A stretch of 64,000 bases of DNA from Phaeosaccion multiseriatum (lineage: Eukaryota > Protista > Ochrophyta, other classes): positions 5,050-69,049 of the forward strand of contig CBCOSG010000003.1 of NCBI GenBank assembly GCA_965112735.1, written 5' to 3'. Made by a program: the position numbers and the translations under genes. Below, piece after piece: positions 34,519-45,742 of this stretch. How positions within the stretch are numbered: the stretch's first letter is position 1; every line of letters begins with the position of its first letter. The notes below the pieces were generated by a model that saw only the letters and a list, made by a program, of their open reading frames with translations, was not told where the DNA came from and did no database searches.

Positions 34519-35751
34519 TTATTTTATAATGCTTGAAACTACTCCTGCCCCGACTGTTCTACCACCTTCACGGATAGCAAATCTCATGCCAGATTCGATT
34601 GCGATAGGGGCAATTAATTCGGCTTCCATTTTAATTCGATCACCAGGCATAACCATCTCTACACTACCACCATCATCGTATGTAAATTCTATAATTTGAC
34701 CTGTTACATCAGTTGTTCTTACATAAAATTGTGGTCGATACCCGGTGAAAAATGGTGTATGACGGCCACCTTCTTCTTTTGTCAAAATATAAACTTCAGA
34801 GTTAAATCTAGTGTGAGGAGTAATTGTACCTGGTTTTGCTAAAACCATACCCCGTTGAATGTTTTCTTTTTGTAAACCACGTAATAAAAGACCAACGTTA
34901 TCACCTGCGAAACCTTCGTCTAGTGTTTTCTGGAACATTTCAACTCCAGTTACAGTTGTTGAACGTGTTTCTTCTAATCCAACTAACTCGATAGTTTCAC
35001 CAACTTTAACCATTCCTCTTTCAATTCTTCCAGTTGCAACAGTTCCACGTCCCGTAATCGAGAACACATCTTCTACTGCCATTAAAAATGCTTTATCTAT
35101 ATCACGTTCAGGTGTAGGTATATAATCATCAACAGCATCCATTAAAGCATAGATTTTATCTACCCAACTATTTGATCCACGTGTAATAGTTTTATCAGAT
35201 TCGATAGCATTTAATGCTTGTAAAGCAGATCCTGGTTGAATAGGAATATCATCCCCTGGAAACTCATAATCAGATAATAATTCACGAACTTCTAGTTCAA
35301 CTAATTCTAATAATTCTGCATCATCTACTTGATCTTCTTTATTTAAAAAGACAACAATATGGGGAACACCAACTTGTTTAGATAATAAAATATGCTCACG
35401 AGTTTGCGGCATTGGACCATCAGCAGCTGATACAACTAAAATAGCTCCATCCATCTGTGCAGCTCCTGTAATCATATTTTTTACATAGTCAGCATGCCCC
35501 GGACAATCTACATGGGCATAATGACGTTTTTCAGTTTCATATTCAACATGGGCCGTATTAATTGTAATACCACGTGCTCTTTCTTCAGGAGCAGCATCAA
35601 TCTCATCGTATTTTTTAGCAGTAGTAGACTCAGTCCCTAAAGCTAAAGTAGAGGTTATTGCTGCTGTTAAAGTAGTTTTACCATGATCTACATGTCCAAT
35701 CGTCCCAATATTTATATGAGGTTTATTACGTTCAAATTTTCCACGGGCCAT
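34519..35751 (-). CDS. tufA: Elongation factor Tu
   Basis: [24 protein letters not shown]. Confidence 0.99.
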   Translation of the reverse strand: MARGKFERNKPHINIGTIGHVDHGKTTLTAAITSTLALGTESTTAKKYDEIDAAPEERARGITINTAHVEYETEKRHYAHVDCPGHADYVKNMITGAAQMDGAILVVSAADGPMPQTREHILLSKQVGVPHIVVFLNKEDQVDDAELLELVELEVRELLSDYEFPGDDIPIQPGSALQALNAIESDKTITRGSNSWVDKIYALMDAVDDYIPTPERDIDKAFLMAVEDVFSITGRGTVATGRIERGMVKVGETIELVGLEETRSTTVTGVEMFQKTLDEGFAGDNVGLLLRGLQKENIQRGMVLAKPGTITPHTRFNSEVYILTKEEGGRHTPFFTGYRPQFYVRTTDVTGQIIEFTYDDGGSVEMVMPGDRIKMEAELIAPIAIESGMRFAIREGGRTVGAGVVSSIIK

Positions 35752-35815
35752 ATGTTCTCCTATTTTTTTTAGCTTAAAATACTTTTGGCGATTTATTAAT
35801 AGTTAATTTATTAGT

Positions 35816-36295
35816 TTAACGACGGTAACGACGGTAATGAGAAAAAGCTTTATTTGCTTCGGCCATTCGATGAGTTTCTTCTTTTTTACGTATTGAATTA
35901 CCTCGACCTTTAGAGGCATCGATTATTTCTGTCGCTAATTTTATGGCCATACTACGACCAGGACGAGCTCGTGAAAAATGTACAATCCAGCGTAAAGCTA
36001 AAATTGTGGCCCGATATCGACTAACTTCAACAGGAACTTGGTAAGTCGAAGCACGAACTCTGGTACTCCGTAATTCCATATTTGGACTTACATTTTTTAC
36101 TGCTTTTTCAAATACCCAAAGTGGTTTTAAGTTAGTACGTTTTTTAATTTGTAAAAATGCATCATAAATAATATTTTGGGCCAAAGATTTTTTCCCACTT
36201 TTTAAGATACGGACAGTTAATAGACTAATTAAATAACTGTTTAATAATGGGTCTGAATTTGGAAATTTTTGCTGCCAATTGTTACGACGTGACAT
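35816..36295 (-). CDS. rps7: Ribosomal protein S7
   Basis: YQVPVEV, ETHRMAEANKAF. Confidence 0.97.
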   Translation of the reverse strand: MSRRNNWQQKFPNSDPLLNSYLISLLTVRILKSGKKSLAQNIIYDAFLQIKKRTNLKPLWVFEKAVKNVSPNMELRSTRVRASTYQVPVEVSRYRATILALRWIVHFSRARPGRSMAIKLATEIIDASKGRGNSIRKKEETHRMAEANKAFSHYRRYRR

Positions 36296-36318
36296 AATTT
36301 TATTGCTCCTTATAAATA

Positions 36319-36699
36319 TTACACTTTTATAATTGGTTTTTTAGCTCCATACTTAGAACGTCTTTGTAAACGACCCTGAACCCCAGTGGTATCTAGTGTA
36401 CCCCGAATTACATGATAGCGGACACCAGGTAAATCTTTAACCCTACCACCTCTTAATAAAACAACTGAATGTTCTTGGAGATTATGGCCAACTCCTGGGA
36501 TATAAGCTGTAACTTCAAATCCAGATGTTAAACGAATTCTTGCAACTTTTCTTAAAGCAGAATTGGGTTTTTTTGGAGTTATTACATAAATGCGTGTACA
36601 AACTCCTTTGCGTTGTGGACAACTTTTTAAAGCCGGTGATTTTGTTTTTTTCTCAATTTTTTTACGTTTTGTTCTTATTAATTGTTGAATTGTTGGCAT
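36319..36699 (-). CDS. rps12: Ribosomal protein S12
   Basis: [21 protein letters not shown]. Confidence 0.99.
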   Translation of the reverse strand: MPTIQQLIRTKRKKIEKKTKSPALKSCPQRKGVCTRIYVITPKKPNSALRKVARIRLTSGFEVTAYIPGVGHNLQEHSVVLLRGGRVKDLPGVRYHVIRGTLDTTGVQGRLQRRSKYGAKKPIIKV

Positions 36700-36749
36700 T
36701 TGTAGATAAAAAATAGTAAATTTATAGTAACTGATTAAACATATGGGCG

Positions 36750-36962
36750 TTATGATTTTAAAGTATCGTATTTTTTTTGGAAGCGTTCTACTCTTCCTTC
36801 AGTATCAATAATACGTTGAGATCCAGTATAAAAGGGGTGATTACCTGACCAAATATCAACATGTAACTCTTTTTTTGTTGAGCCTATAACCATTATTAAT
36901 TGTCCATCACAATATACTTTAGAATCTTCAAACCAAACAGGATGAATATTTTTTTTTGGCAT
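36750..36962 (-). CDS. rpl31: Ribosomal protein L31
   Basis: [19 protein letters not shown]. Confidence 0.96.
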   Translation of the reverse strand: MPKKNIHPVWFEDSKVYCDGQLIMVIGSTKKELHVDIWSGNHPFYTGSQRIIDTEGRVERFQKKYDTLKS

Positions 36963-36990
36963 AATTTTTTTTTATTAAAAATATAATATA

Positions 36991-37416
36991 TTAACGTTTT
37001 GAAAACTGTGAAGCTTTTCGAGCTTTTTTTAAACCATATTTTCTACGTTCTTTAATTCTTGAATCTCGACTTAAGAATCCATCAACTTTTAATTTAGATC
37101 TAAATTGTTGTTTGTCAATTTTACAAATAGCGCGTGCAATTCCTAATTTAATTGCATCGGTCTGGCCAATTAATCCACCCCCGTGTACATTTATTACGAT
37201 TTTATATTGTTTTAATAACCCAGTTTTTTTTAGTGGTAATAAAATTTTACTTAAATAAGTAGAATTTTCTTGTAGATAGTTTTCACCATATTTCCCATTA
37301 ATTTCAAGGATTGTTTGAATATTATCGTTGTGGATTGGGGTTAAAGATACAATTGCCGTTGCTGTTTTTCGTCGGCCAATAGCCAATACAAAATTTTTAT
37401 TTAATTGTGTTTTCAT
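36991..37416 (-). CDS. rps9: Ribosomal protein S9
   Basis: GRRKTA, ERRKYGLKKARKASQFSKR. Confidence 0.97.
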   Translation of the reverse strand: MKTQLNKNFVLAIGRRKTATAIVSLTPIHNDNIQTILEINGKYGENYLQENSTYLSKILLPLKKTGLLKQYKIVINVHGGGLIGQTDAIKLGIARAICKIDKQQFRSKLKVDGFLSRDSRIKERRKYGLKKARKASQFSKR

Positions 37417-37420
37417 ATTT

Positions 37421-37852
37421 TTATGGTTTAATAGTTATTATGTTTTGCTGACTATGTGGATGTTGGCTGCCAGCATAAACTTTTAATTTTGTAAATAACT
37501 TTCTACCTAAACGAGTTTTAGGTAACATACCTTTAATTGCTTTTTCAACAATTTTTTCTGGAATGCGCTTTTGCAATTGTTCAAAAGTTTCAATAGTTTT
37601 ACCACCTGGTCTACCAGAATGCCGCATATAAATTTTTTGGATATATTTTTTCCCAGTAACTTTTACTTTATCAGCATTTATAATAATAATATAATTATTC
37701 ATTTGCTGATATGGTGTGTAAAAAATTTTATTTTTTCCGGATAAATATGTTGCAACCTGTGTAGCTAATCTTCCCAAAGGTTGTTCACTTGCATCTATAA
37801 TATGCCATTTTGTTTCAATAGAATTTTTGGATGGAATAAAGGTATCTTTCAT
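37421..37852 (-). CDS. rpl13: Ribosomal protein L13
   Basis: WHIIDA..LGRLA, HSGRPGG. Confidence 0.97.
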   Translation of the reverse strand: MKDTFIPSKNSIETKWHIIDASEQPLGRLATQVATYLSGKNKIFYTPYQQMNNYIIIINADKVKVTGKKYIQKIYMRHSGRPGGKTIETFEQLQKRIPEKIVEKAIKGMLPKTRLGRKLFTKLKVYAGSQHPHSQQNIITIKP

Positions 37853-37931
37853 AAATTTATTAAGTTAATTTCTTTATTATTAGGATTATATATATAAAAA
37901 AAATCATTGTCTAGTACTTATTAAAAGTCCG

Positions 37932-39188
37932 TTAGGAAAAAAAAAACTTTGTATTTTTCTTTACTGAAGAATCCTCTAATTTTTCTATAACTTCTTTACC
38001 TAAGTAATTAATTAATTTCTCTGTAACTTCTTCTAATGATTTTACACCAAAATTTTTAATTTGAATTAAATCTTTTTTTGAGTATTTTAATAAATCCCTA
38101 ACTAATTTTATATTTTCTTTCTCTAAACTATTTAAGACTCTCTTAGAAAGGTTTAGTTTTTCAATGGAATTTTTTAATTTACTGTTATATGGATATATAT
38201 CTTTATCAATATCATCATCTAAAGTTTTTTCGATATACCCTTTTTTAGTATTATTGGGAACAGTTTCTTTTAACTGTGCATATACTTTATATTTATCTTT
38301 TAGAATTTTTTCTTCACGCTGATCATTCGATAGAATGAAAGAAGTTTTATTGTTTAAAATTTGAATTTTTTCTTCACCTATTTTATTTATACCTGTATTT
38401 ATTTTATTTATATTTTCTCGAATTATTTGAGGTTTTACTATAAATTTTTGTGGGATATCATCCCAAAAAGGTATTGGATTTATTATTTCAGTTTCTTCTA
38501 ATAATAATGTTTGAATATTTTGGAACCAATTTATTATATTTTCCGAAGCATCGTATAGTGCATTATCTGGACTGATACTTCCATTAGTCCAGATATCTAA
38601 AAATAAATCTTCGTGACTTACTTTATTTTCAAAAAAAATATTTTCAATTTTGAAATCAACTTGAGAAACTGGCATAAAAATAGCATCAGTACGAAGAAAA
38701 TCTAAAGGTTCATTTACTATTTTTTCTTCCATTAATTTATAACCTTTACCCCATGCGATTTTAATCTCCATTTCTAAAGTTACTGGATCCGTTATAGTAG
38801 CAATATATTGATTAGGATTTTTTAATTTTAAACTCGAAGAAAATTGAAATTGGTCAGCTGTAACTATTGTAGGTCCAGAAATTTTTAATCTTGCAATAAA
38901 AGATTGATTTTTCGGGTTATCAGATGTGAAAATTAATTCTTTTAAATTTAATAGAACTTCTAATACATCTTCCCGAACTCCCGGAATCGAAGAAAATTCA
39001 TGATTTACTCCTGCAATCCTGATTCCGACAACACTTAAGCCTGCTAAATCTGTAAGAAGAACTCGTCGAAAAATATTGCCAATGGTTATGCCATGCCCTT
39101 TTTCAATGGGAGTTATCAAGAACCGACCAAAATGTTCAGTAGGACTTTTCTTATCTGCCAGAATATACTCACAACGAATACTGTTCAT
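37932..39188 (-). CDS. rpoA: RNA polymerase alpha (long linker insertion)
   Basis: GITIGN..RRVLL, HEFSSIPGVREDV, WTNGSISP, KNFGVKS. Confidence 0.95.
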   Translation of the reverse strand: MNSIRCEYILADKKSPTEHFGRFLITPIEKGHGITIGNIFRRVLLTDLAGLSVVGIRIAGVNHEFSSIPGVREDVLEVLLNLKELIFTSDNPKNQSFIARLKISGPTIVTADQFQFSSSLKLKNPNQYIATITDPVTLEMEIKIAWGKGYKLMEEKIVNEPLDFLRTDAIFMPVSQVDFKIENIFFENKVSHEDLFLDIWTNGSISPDNALYDASENIINWFQNIQTLLLEETEIINPIPFWDDIPQKFIVKPQIIRENINKINTGINKIGEEKIQILNNKTSFILSNDQREEKILKDKYKVYAQLKETVPNNTKKGYIEKTLDDDIDKDIYPYNSKLKNSIEKLNLSKRVLNSLEKENIKLVRDLLKYSKKDLIQIKNFGVKSLEEVTEKLINYLGKEVIEKLEDSSVKKNTKFFFS

Positions 39189-39206
39189 TAATAACCTCCC
39201 TATTTT

Positions 39207-39587
39207 TTAAACTCTTCGTTTATTTGGAGGTCTGCATCCATTATAAGGAACTCCAGTAACATCCTTAATAGATTTAATTTTAATTCCAGTTACTTGTAAT
39301 TTTCGAATTGCTGCTTCTCGACCAGACGGTTTTCCTTTGACTAAAACATGAACTTTTTTTAAACCATAACCAGCTACTTTAAATATAGCTTTTTCTGTTG
39401 CTGATTGGGCAGCATAAGGAGTACTTTTTCTACTATGTTGAAAACCAGCACAACCCGCTGATGACCAGCCTAAAGTATTGCCGCCTAAATCAGTAATTGT
39501 AACAATAGTATTATTATTTGTTATCTTTATATGCACAATTCCAACTCTAACTTTCCGTTTTATTTTTTTTTTTAATCTTGGTATCAT
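39207..39587 (-). CDS. rps11: Ribosomal protein S11
   Basis: [24 protein letters not shown]. Confidence 0.97.
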   Translation of the reverse strand: MIPRLKKKIKRKVRVGIVHIKITNNNTIVTITDLGGNTLGWSSAGCAGFQHSRKSTPYAAQSATEKAIFKVAGYGLKKVHVLVKGKPSGREAAIRKLQVTGIKIKSIKDVTGVPYNGCRPPNKRRV

Positions 39588-39613
39588 TATGTTTATTTAG
39601 ACTTAATGTATAA

Positions 39614-39994
39614 TCAGTTTTTCTTTTTCATTAGAGGATTTTTACTTTGTTTTCGAGTTCTAGCATTCGTTTTTGTACGCTGTCCCCGAACTGGTAATCC
39701 TGCACGAAGACGGCGTCCTCGAATAGAACCATTTTCCATTAATCTTTTTATACTTAAAAACTTAAAACGTCTTAATTCTCCTTCTAATTTATAATCAGTT
39801 TCTAAAATATTTCTTATAGTACTAATATCGCTATCAGATAAATCTTTTACTTTTAATACCTTTTGATTTATATCAATTAAATTACTTTTTTCTAAAATTT
39901 CTTCTGCTCGTGCTACTCCAATCCCATAAATGGAAGTCAAAGCATATTTAACTCGTTTTTCCGGTAGTAAATCAATTCCGAGAATTCTAACCAC
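39614..39994 (-). CDS. rps13: Ribosomal protein S13 (GTG start)
   Basis: LPVRGQRTKTNARTR. Confidence 0.97.
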   Translation of the reverse strand: MVRILGIDLLPEKRVKYALTSIYGIGVARAEEILEKSNLIDINQKVLKVKDLSDSDISTIRNILETDYKLEGELRRFKFLSIKRLMENGSIRGRRLRAGLPVRGQRTKTNARTRKQSKNPLMKKKN

Positions 39995-40017
39995 TATTTG
40001 CTCCTTATATTTAATAT

Positions 40018-40131
40018 TTATCCTTGTTTTTGTTTATGTTTAGCATTTACACAGATTACCCGTAATTTTCCATGTCTTCTAATAACTCTACATTTATCAC
40101 ACATTTTTTTAACTGATGGTCGTACTTTCAT
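40018..40131 (-). CDS. rpl36: Ribosomal protein L36
   Basis: Manual translation [37 protein letters not shown]. Confidence 0.96.
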   Translation of the reverse strand: MKVRPSVKKMCDKCRVIRRHGKLRVICVNAKHKQKQG

Positions 40132-40178
40132 TTTTTTTCTTTATAATATTTATAATGGAATCCTAAATTAAACAAACT

Positions 40179-41522
40179 TTATTCTATTGTTTCATTTTTT
40201 GCTAACCTTTTAATCTTTCTTGTCATTTTTTCAACAGTATAGAAACCTTTAAATCGTCTTAGGCTATCAAGCAAGACACTTATCAAAATAATTTGAGAAT
40301 TCATACCAATTCCTTTAAAATTAGTAATATTAATACTCCGAGATTCTCCTACTATATTTAATATAAAAAAAATCATAAAAAATGCTAAAGCATTTAATTT
40401 AGATAAATAATCGATCGTTTTTTTTAAATAACTTGTAGTAGATTTCCCAGGATTAATTTTTTTAATAATTACTGAGTTTTTACGTAATTGTTCAGAAATT
40501 TCCTCTGGATCTAAAATTAATTTAGAATATAATTTAGTAAAAAATAAAATAGTTATACCGTATAGTATTAAATAAAAAATAGAATTCTGTGAGGTAATCA
40601 AATTAATTATTCCTAACGGCAAAGAAAACTTAGATAAAATAGGTCCTAAAGTCTGACCTAAAGAATAGAAGATAGCCATTGCTGAAGAAGTAAAAATTAA
40701 TGGCATTACACCGCCCGGGTTAATCCTTAATGGTAAAGTATTTTGTGTTTTAAAAAAAAACTTTTTTTTTTCATCATAATTTACTAACATTTGGCGAGCA
40801 GATAGTAATGGTAAATCAATAACTCCTTCATCAATTAAAACACAACTGAGAGCAATAAAAAAAAATGCAATTAAAATAATTGCTCGATTGATATTATTAT
40901 CGGTATTCTTAAGCAAATTAAGATTTTCCTGTAATTGGTTTGGCAGACTAGATGCTATATTAAAACAGATTAACAATGATGGGCCATTACCTAAACCATC
41001 TTTTGTAAGAATTTCACTAAACCATAAAAGAATCATCGAACCAGTAATCAAGCATAGACTAATTTGGCTACCAACAAATATATTAGAATCAAAAAAATTT
41101 CTTAACGTATAAGTTTGTGAGATACTTTGAAAAATAGCACAAAAAAAAGTTAAATATCTTAGATAATTATTAATTTTTCTTCGGCCGTAATCCCCATCTT
41201 CACGTAATTGAGATAGTTTTGGGTTAAATTTAATTAATAATTGAGTTATAATCGAAGCATTAATATAGGGTAACATACCAAGACTAAATAAATTTACGGA
41301 ATTAAGATTTCCACCTAAGGAACTATTTGGTTTATAATCAAGATCCTTAATGGAATCAAAAAAAGTTTTATAATCAATGTAAGGAATAGGAATAAAATTA
41401 ACACTATGAACAATTAATAAAAGTGCGATAGTTAAAATTACTCTATTATTCAAAGATGGAGTTTTTTGTGTCCTATCACGCAAAATTAAATCCTGCCCTA
41501 GTTTATTCGTTTTATTCTTCAT
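40179..41522 (-). CDS. secY: SecY
   Basis: LGMLPYINASII, GLGNGPSLLI, GGVMPLIF. Confidence 0.95.
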   Translation of the reverse strand: MKNKTNKLGQDLILRDRTQKTPSLNNRVILTIALLLIVHSVNFIPIPYIDYKTFFDSIKDLDYKPNSSLGGNLNSVNLFSLGMLPYINASIITQLLIKFNPKLSQLREDGDYGRRKINNYLRYLTFFCAIFQSISQTYTLRNFFDSNIFVGSQISLCLITGSMILLWFSEILTKDGLGNGPSLLICFNIASSLPNQLQENLNLLKNTDNNINRAIILIAFFFIALSCVLIDEGVIDLPLLSARQMLVNYDEKKKFFFKTQNTLPLRINPGGVMPLIFTSSAMAIFYSLGQTLGPILSKFSLPLGIINLITSQNSIFYLILYGITILFFTKLYSKLILDPEEISEQLRKNSVIIKKINPGKSTTSYLKKTIDYLSKLNALAFFMIFFILNIVGESRSINITNFKGIGMNSQIILISVLLDSLRRFKGFYTVEKMTRKIKRLAKNETIE

Positions 41523-41527
41523 AAATG

Positions 41528-42192
41528 TTATTTATATTTAAGATAATTTTGAAGCTTTTCTAAAGAGATATTTCTTTCTTCAGCAATCATATTAGTAGTT
41601 TTTAAAGATTGGAGTGCTGTAATTGTTGCTCGGGCATTATTTAATAAATTTTTTGCCCCAAGCTGTTTAGCCAAAATATTTTTTATTCCTGCTAATTCTA
41701 ATACAACACGGATAGAACTTCCAGCAATTACACCAACTCCTGAACTGGCTGGTTTAATAAAAACTTTAGTAGCTCCATTACTTCCATTTATAACATGTGG
41801 AATACTTTTATTTTGTGTAATAGGTATAATGATTAAATTTTTATTAGCATCATTTACCGCTTTTTGAATAGCACTACCAACTTCGTCGGCCTTTCCAACT
41901 CCAACTCCTACAGTATTTTTTTTATTCCCCATAATTATAATAGTTCGAAAACTTAATTTTTTTCCGCCTTTTACCACTTTCGATACCCTTTGAATTTGGA
42001 CAATTTGCTTTTGCCATTCATATTTTTTTTTCTTTTTTTAGTAGGTTCGCGCTGTATATGGGTATTTTCGCGATCCTTATCTCTTTTTTGTTGTTGATTG
42101 ATATTACTAGATACGGAATTTCTTTTAATTATTTTCTCAGAACTAGATGCAGAAGAATTTGATTTTTGAATAATTGTGGATTTATCAATCAT
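41528..42192 (-). CDS. rps5: Ribosomal protein S5 (frameshift in poly-A ~42023-42040; N-terminal extension)
   Basis: EWQSKIVQIQRVSKVVKGGK upstream of ORF 41528-41977 in frame; start provided by ORF 41971-42192. Confidence 0.9.
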
Positions 42193-42254
42193 AGATATCT
42201 TTATGTTATTAATAATATAATATTAAATTTGTAAATTTTAAATAAGGTTTAATG

Positions 42255-42587
42255 CTAAAATTTTAGACCGGCACTTCTTGCTCCTTCTGCAAGTGCTTGA
42301 ATATTTCCATGATAAAATTTATTACAACGATCAAAAATAACCTTCTCAATTTTTTTTTCTAATAATCTCTGCCCAATTAGAAGTCCAACTTGTGTTGATG
42401 CATCTATAGGCTTAATTGATCCAACTTCTGATTTAATTTCATGGTCTAAAGTAGAGCAAGAAGCGATTGTTTGACCTGCACCATCATCAATAACTTGGGC
42501 ATATATGTGTTTATTTGAGCGAAATACAGATAATCTTGGACGTTCTGCAGTACCTTTTATTTTTCTTACTTTATTTCTTTTTCCCAT
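42255..42587 (-). CDS. rpl18: Ribosomal protein L18
   Basis: [16 protein letters not shown]. Confidence 0.97.
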   Translation of the reverse strand: MGKRNKVRKIKGTAERPRLSVFRSNKHIYAQVIDDGAGQTIASCSTLDHEIKSEVGSIKPIDASTQVGLLIGQRLLEKKIEKVIFDRCNKFYHGNIQALAEGARSAGLKF

Positions 42588-42589
42588 TT

Positions 42590-43126
42590 TTACTTACCAG
42601 TTTTTCCTACTTTTCTTTTAATAATTTCACCTTGATAAGCAATTCCTTTCCCTTTGTAAGGTTCTGGAGGTCGTTTGGAACGAATTGTTGCAGCTAACTG
42701 CCCAATTACTTCTTTATCAATACCTTGCAATTTAATAATGGTATTATTTTGCACTGTTATAGAAACTCCTGTTGGTGTTTCTATAATAACGGGGTGGCTG
42801 TAGCCTAAATTTAAAATTAATTGATTTCCTTTAACTTGGGAACGATATCCTACCCCTGTAATAACAAGTTCTTTTTCAAATTTTTCTGAAACACCTGTTA
42901 CCATATTATTAACTAATGTTCGTGATAAACCAAAAAGTTCTTTTGCAGTCCTAGAATTTTCACTTTTTTTTATCCAAATGAAATCATCTTTTTGTTCTAT
43001 AATAATTAAAGGCGATAAAGTTCGTGATAATATTCCATGTGGTCCTGAAACTTCTATAGTCTGTTTATCAAGTTTAACTTTTACTGTTGACGGGATTTTA
43101 ATGGGCAATTTTCCAATTCTAGACAT
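42590..43126 (-). CDS. rpl6: Ribosomal protein L6 (start at MSRIGK)
   Basis: [18 protein letters not shown]. Confidence 0.97.
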   Translation of the reverse strand: MSRIGKLPIKIPSTVKVKLDKQTIEVSGPHGILSRTLSPLIIIEQKDDFIWIKKSENSRTAKELFGLSRTLVNNMVTGVSEKFEKELVITGVGYRSQVKGNQLILNLGYSHPVIIETPTGVSITVQNNTIIKLQGIDKEVIGQLAATIRSKRPPEPYKGKGIAYQGEIIKRKVGKTGK

Positions 43127-43142
43127 AATTAATATAAAATTT

Positions 43143-43547
43143 TTACCATATATAACATATAACTTCACCACCGAGTCCTAAACTTCTTGCTGTATGATTT
43201 GTCATAACTCCTTTTGAAGTTGATAAAATTGCTGTTCCTAGATTTCCAAGTACATTAGGTAAATTTTTGTGATTAACATAGATTCGAAGGCCAGGTTTAC
43301 TAACCCGTTTGATCATATTAATAATCGGCTGACGATTTTGTTTTTTATATTTCAACGTAATTAGTAAACATTTATGTTTTTGTTCAGCTTCTTTAATTAC
43401 TTCAAACTGTTCAATATAACCTTCTTCTTTTAAAATTTTAGAGATAGCTAAATTTACTTTTGTATTTAAGACTGGAACAATCCGGTGCCTTACTAAACTT
43501 GCATTCCGAATCCGTGTTAACATATCGGCAATTGTATCTGTTACCAT
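43143..43547 (-). CDS. rps8: Ribosomal protein S8
   Basis: [30 protein letters not shown]. Confidence 0.97.
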   Translation of the reverse strand: MVTDTIADMLTRIRNASLVRHRIVPVLNTKVNLAISKILKEEGYIEQFEVIKEAEQKHKCLLITLKYKKQNRQPIINMIKRVSKPGLRIYVNHKNLPNVLGNLGTAILSTSKGVMTNHTARSLGLGGEVICYIW

Positions 43548-43596
43548 TTTAATCTCCTTATTTTAATATATTTTAAAATTTTTGTTTATCTATTCT

Positions 43597-44136
43597 CTAA
43601 TTAAAAGGAAAACCAAATTCTTTTAATAAAGAATACCCTTCATTTTTTGTTTTTGCACTTGTTACAATTGTAATATTAAACCCACGATTTTTATCAATAT
43701 TTTCATAATTTATCTCAGGAAACACTAATTGATCCTTTAAGGCAAAATTATAATTCCCGCATTTATCAAAACCCTTAGATTCTAACCCTCGGAAATCACG
43801 AATTCTTGGTAAAACTAAATGAATTAATTTTTCTAAAAAATTAAACATTTTAGAACCACGAAGGGTCACTGTTACTCCTAAATTAGTATTTTCCCGAACT
43901 TTAAAACCGGCTATAGAATTTTTAGATTTTGTAACAACTGGTTTTTGTCCACTAATAAGTTTAATTTCTTCGATAGATTTTTTTAAAATCGAACTATTTT
44001 GAGCATCATTTCCTAATCCACGATTAATTTGAATTTTAATTAATTTGGGAACTTGGTGTACATTTTTATAATTAAAATTAGAAATTAAATTTGGTACAAT
44101 TTTTTCTTTATATATTTGTTTAAACTTAATAGCCAT
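43597..44136 (-). CDS. rpl5: Ribosomal protein L5
   Basis: LPRIRDFRG. Confidence 0.97.
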   Translation of the reverse strand: MAIKFKQIYKEKIVPNLISNFNYKNVHQVPKLIKIQINRGLGNDAQNSSILKKSIEEIKLISGQKPVVTKSKNSIAGFKVRENTNLGVTVTLRGSKMFNFLEKLIHLVLPRIRDFRGLESKGFDKCGNYNFALKDQLVFPEINYENIDKNRGFNITIVTSAKTKNEGYSLLKEFGFPFN

Positions 44137-44162
44137 AATTATTCTTAGTATTATAAATTATT

Positions 44163-44414
44163 TTATTGGTCCCATTTTTTAACATTAGAACTATGGATAG
44201 GGTATTCTTGTATAGTTATTTTTCCTTTAACATTACCGTCCTGTTTAATTTTATTATGCTTTGTTTTTTTATTTACGCGGTCTACAATAATTTTACCAGT
44301 AGTAGGAAATGATTGTTGTACTACACCTATTTCTCCTTTTTGTTTACCCGAAATAATTTTTACTACATCCCCATTTTTAACATGCATTTTATATACTGTA
44401 CTATTTTTTTTCAT
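44163..44414 (-). CDS. rpl24: Ribosomal protein L24
   Basis: GDVVKIISGKQKG, PIHSSNV. Confidence 0.95.
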   Translation of the reverse strand: MKKNSTVYKMHVKNGDVVKIISGKQKGEIGVVQQSFPTTGKIIVDRVNKKTKHNKIKQDGNVKGKITIQEYPIHSSNVKKWDQ

Positions 44415-44780
44415 TTAAATTACCTCAGGTGCTAAAGAAATAAGTTTTGTAAATTCTCTATCTCGAATTTCTCTTGCAATAGGGCCAAAAATTCTTGTTC
44501 CTCGAGGGTTTTTTTCTAACGTTATAATAACTACTGCGTTATCATCAAAACGGATACTTGTTCCATCATTTCTCTTAATAGTCTTTTTCGTTCTAACAAC
44601 AACTGCTCGAACAATATCTGACCTTTTTACTCCCATATTAGGATTTGCATCTTTAATAACACCAATGATGACATCGCCCACTTTAGCATATTTTCGATTT
44701 CCGCCTAAAACCCGGATACACATAATTTTTTTTGCGCCTGTATTATCCGCTACTGTTAGATATGATTGAGGTTGTATCAT
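44415..44780 (-). CDS. rpl14: Ribosomal protein L14
   Basis: [22 protein letters not shown]. Confidence 0.98.
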   Translation of the reverse strand: MIQPQSYLTVADNTGAKKIMCIRVLGGNRKYAKVGDVIIGVIKDANPNMGVKRSDIVRAVVVRTKKTIKRNDGTSIRFDDNAVVIITLEKNPRGTRIFGPIAREIRDREFTKLISLAPEVI

Positions 44781-44821
44781 GTAAAGTTTTCTAGAATTTA
44801 AATATTTATAAAAAAGTTGTA

Positions 44822-45070
44822 TTACGTTATTAGTTTAGTCAGAATTGTTTTTACTTGCCATCTTTTTCTTTTACTTAAAGGTCGACTTTGTTGTAATATA
44901 ACTTTATCTCCTATACTACATTCATTTAACTCATCGTGGGCCATATATTTTTTTGTTCGAAGGATTGTTTTTTTATAAAAAGGGTGATGATAGTGATAAT
45001 CAATTGCAACTATAACACTTTTATTCATTTTATTACTAATAATAATACCTGTTTGTTCTTTTTGGGCCAT
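44822..45070 (-). CDS. rps17: Ribosomal protein S17
   Basis: [13 protein letters not shown]. Confidence 0.96.
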   Translation of the reverse strand: MAQKEQTGIIISNKMNKSVIVAIDYHYHHPFYKKTILRTKKYMAHDELNECSIGDKVILQQSRPLSKRKRWQVKTILTKLIT

Positions 45071-45073
45071 AAT

Positions 45074-45289
45074 TTATTTTTTTAAACTATTTTTGGATGT
45101 TTGTTGTGCTGCAACCATTAATACTTGGCGTAATCTATGGCGCGTATGTTTAAATAAATGAGATTTTAGTTCTTTACGCGTACCTTTTTTAAATCTTAAT
45201 TTAAACAACTGTTCTCTGACTAATAAAATTTCTTTCTGAAGTTCTATTAAATTTAAGTTCTCAACTTCTTTTATTTTTGGCAAACTCAT
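45074..45289 (-). CDS. rpl29: Ribosomal protein L29
   Basis: LFKLRF, HLFKHTR; position in S10 cluster. Confidence 0.92.
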   Translation of the reverse strand: MSLPKIKEVENLNLIELQKEILLVREQLFKLRFKKGTRKELKSHLFKHTRHRLRQVLMVAAQQTSKNSLKK

Positions 45290-45307
45290 ATAAAATTATT
45301 TAGGTTC

Positions 45308-45715
45308 TTAATTTTTTACAATAAACTTTGTTTTAATTGGCAATTTATAAGCAGCGGTTAGCATTGCATTTTTAGCTAATTCTAATGAAACACCACTTAG
45401 TTCAAATAATATTTTACCAGGTTTAACTACAGCTACCCAATATTCAACTGAACCTTTTCCGGAACCCATTCTTGATTCAGCAGCTCGGGCTGTAACAGGT
45501 TTATCTGGAAAAACCATAATCCAAAGTTTTCCACCACGTTTTGTATATCTTGTTATTGTTCGGCGAGTTGCTTCAATTTGACGTGACGTTATCCAAGTTG
45601 GTTCTAATGCTTGAATAGCATAATCACCAAAATTTATTTTTGTCCCACGTGTTGCTTTTCCTCTTAAATTTCCTCGATGATGTTTCCTATATTTTGTTCT
45701 TTTTGGACTTAGCAT
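45308..45715 (-). CDS. rpl16: Ribosomal protein L16
   Basis: [18 protein letters not shown]. Confidence 0.98.
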   Translation of the reverse strand: MLSPKRTKYRKHHRGNLRGKATRGTKINFGDYAIQALEPTWITSRQIEATRRTITRYTKRGGKLWIMVFPDKPVTARAAESRMGSGKGSVEYWVAVVKPGKILFELSGVSLELAKNAMLTAAYKLPIKTKFIVKN

Positions 45716-45742
45716 ATTAATTTTTAAATAAATAAAATGTAT

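Noticed and set aside
43127-43171. Apparent N-terminal extension of Rpl6 overlapping rps8
   Set aside because: Upstream alternative start picked by the ORF caller; conserved start is MSRIGK at 43126
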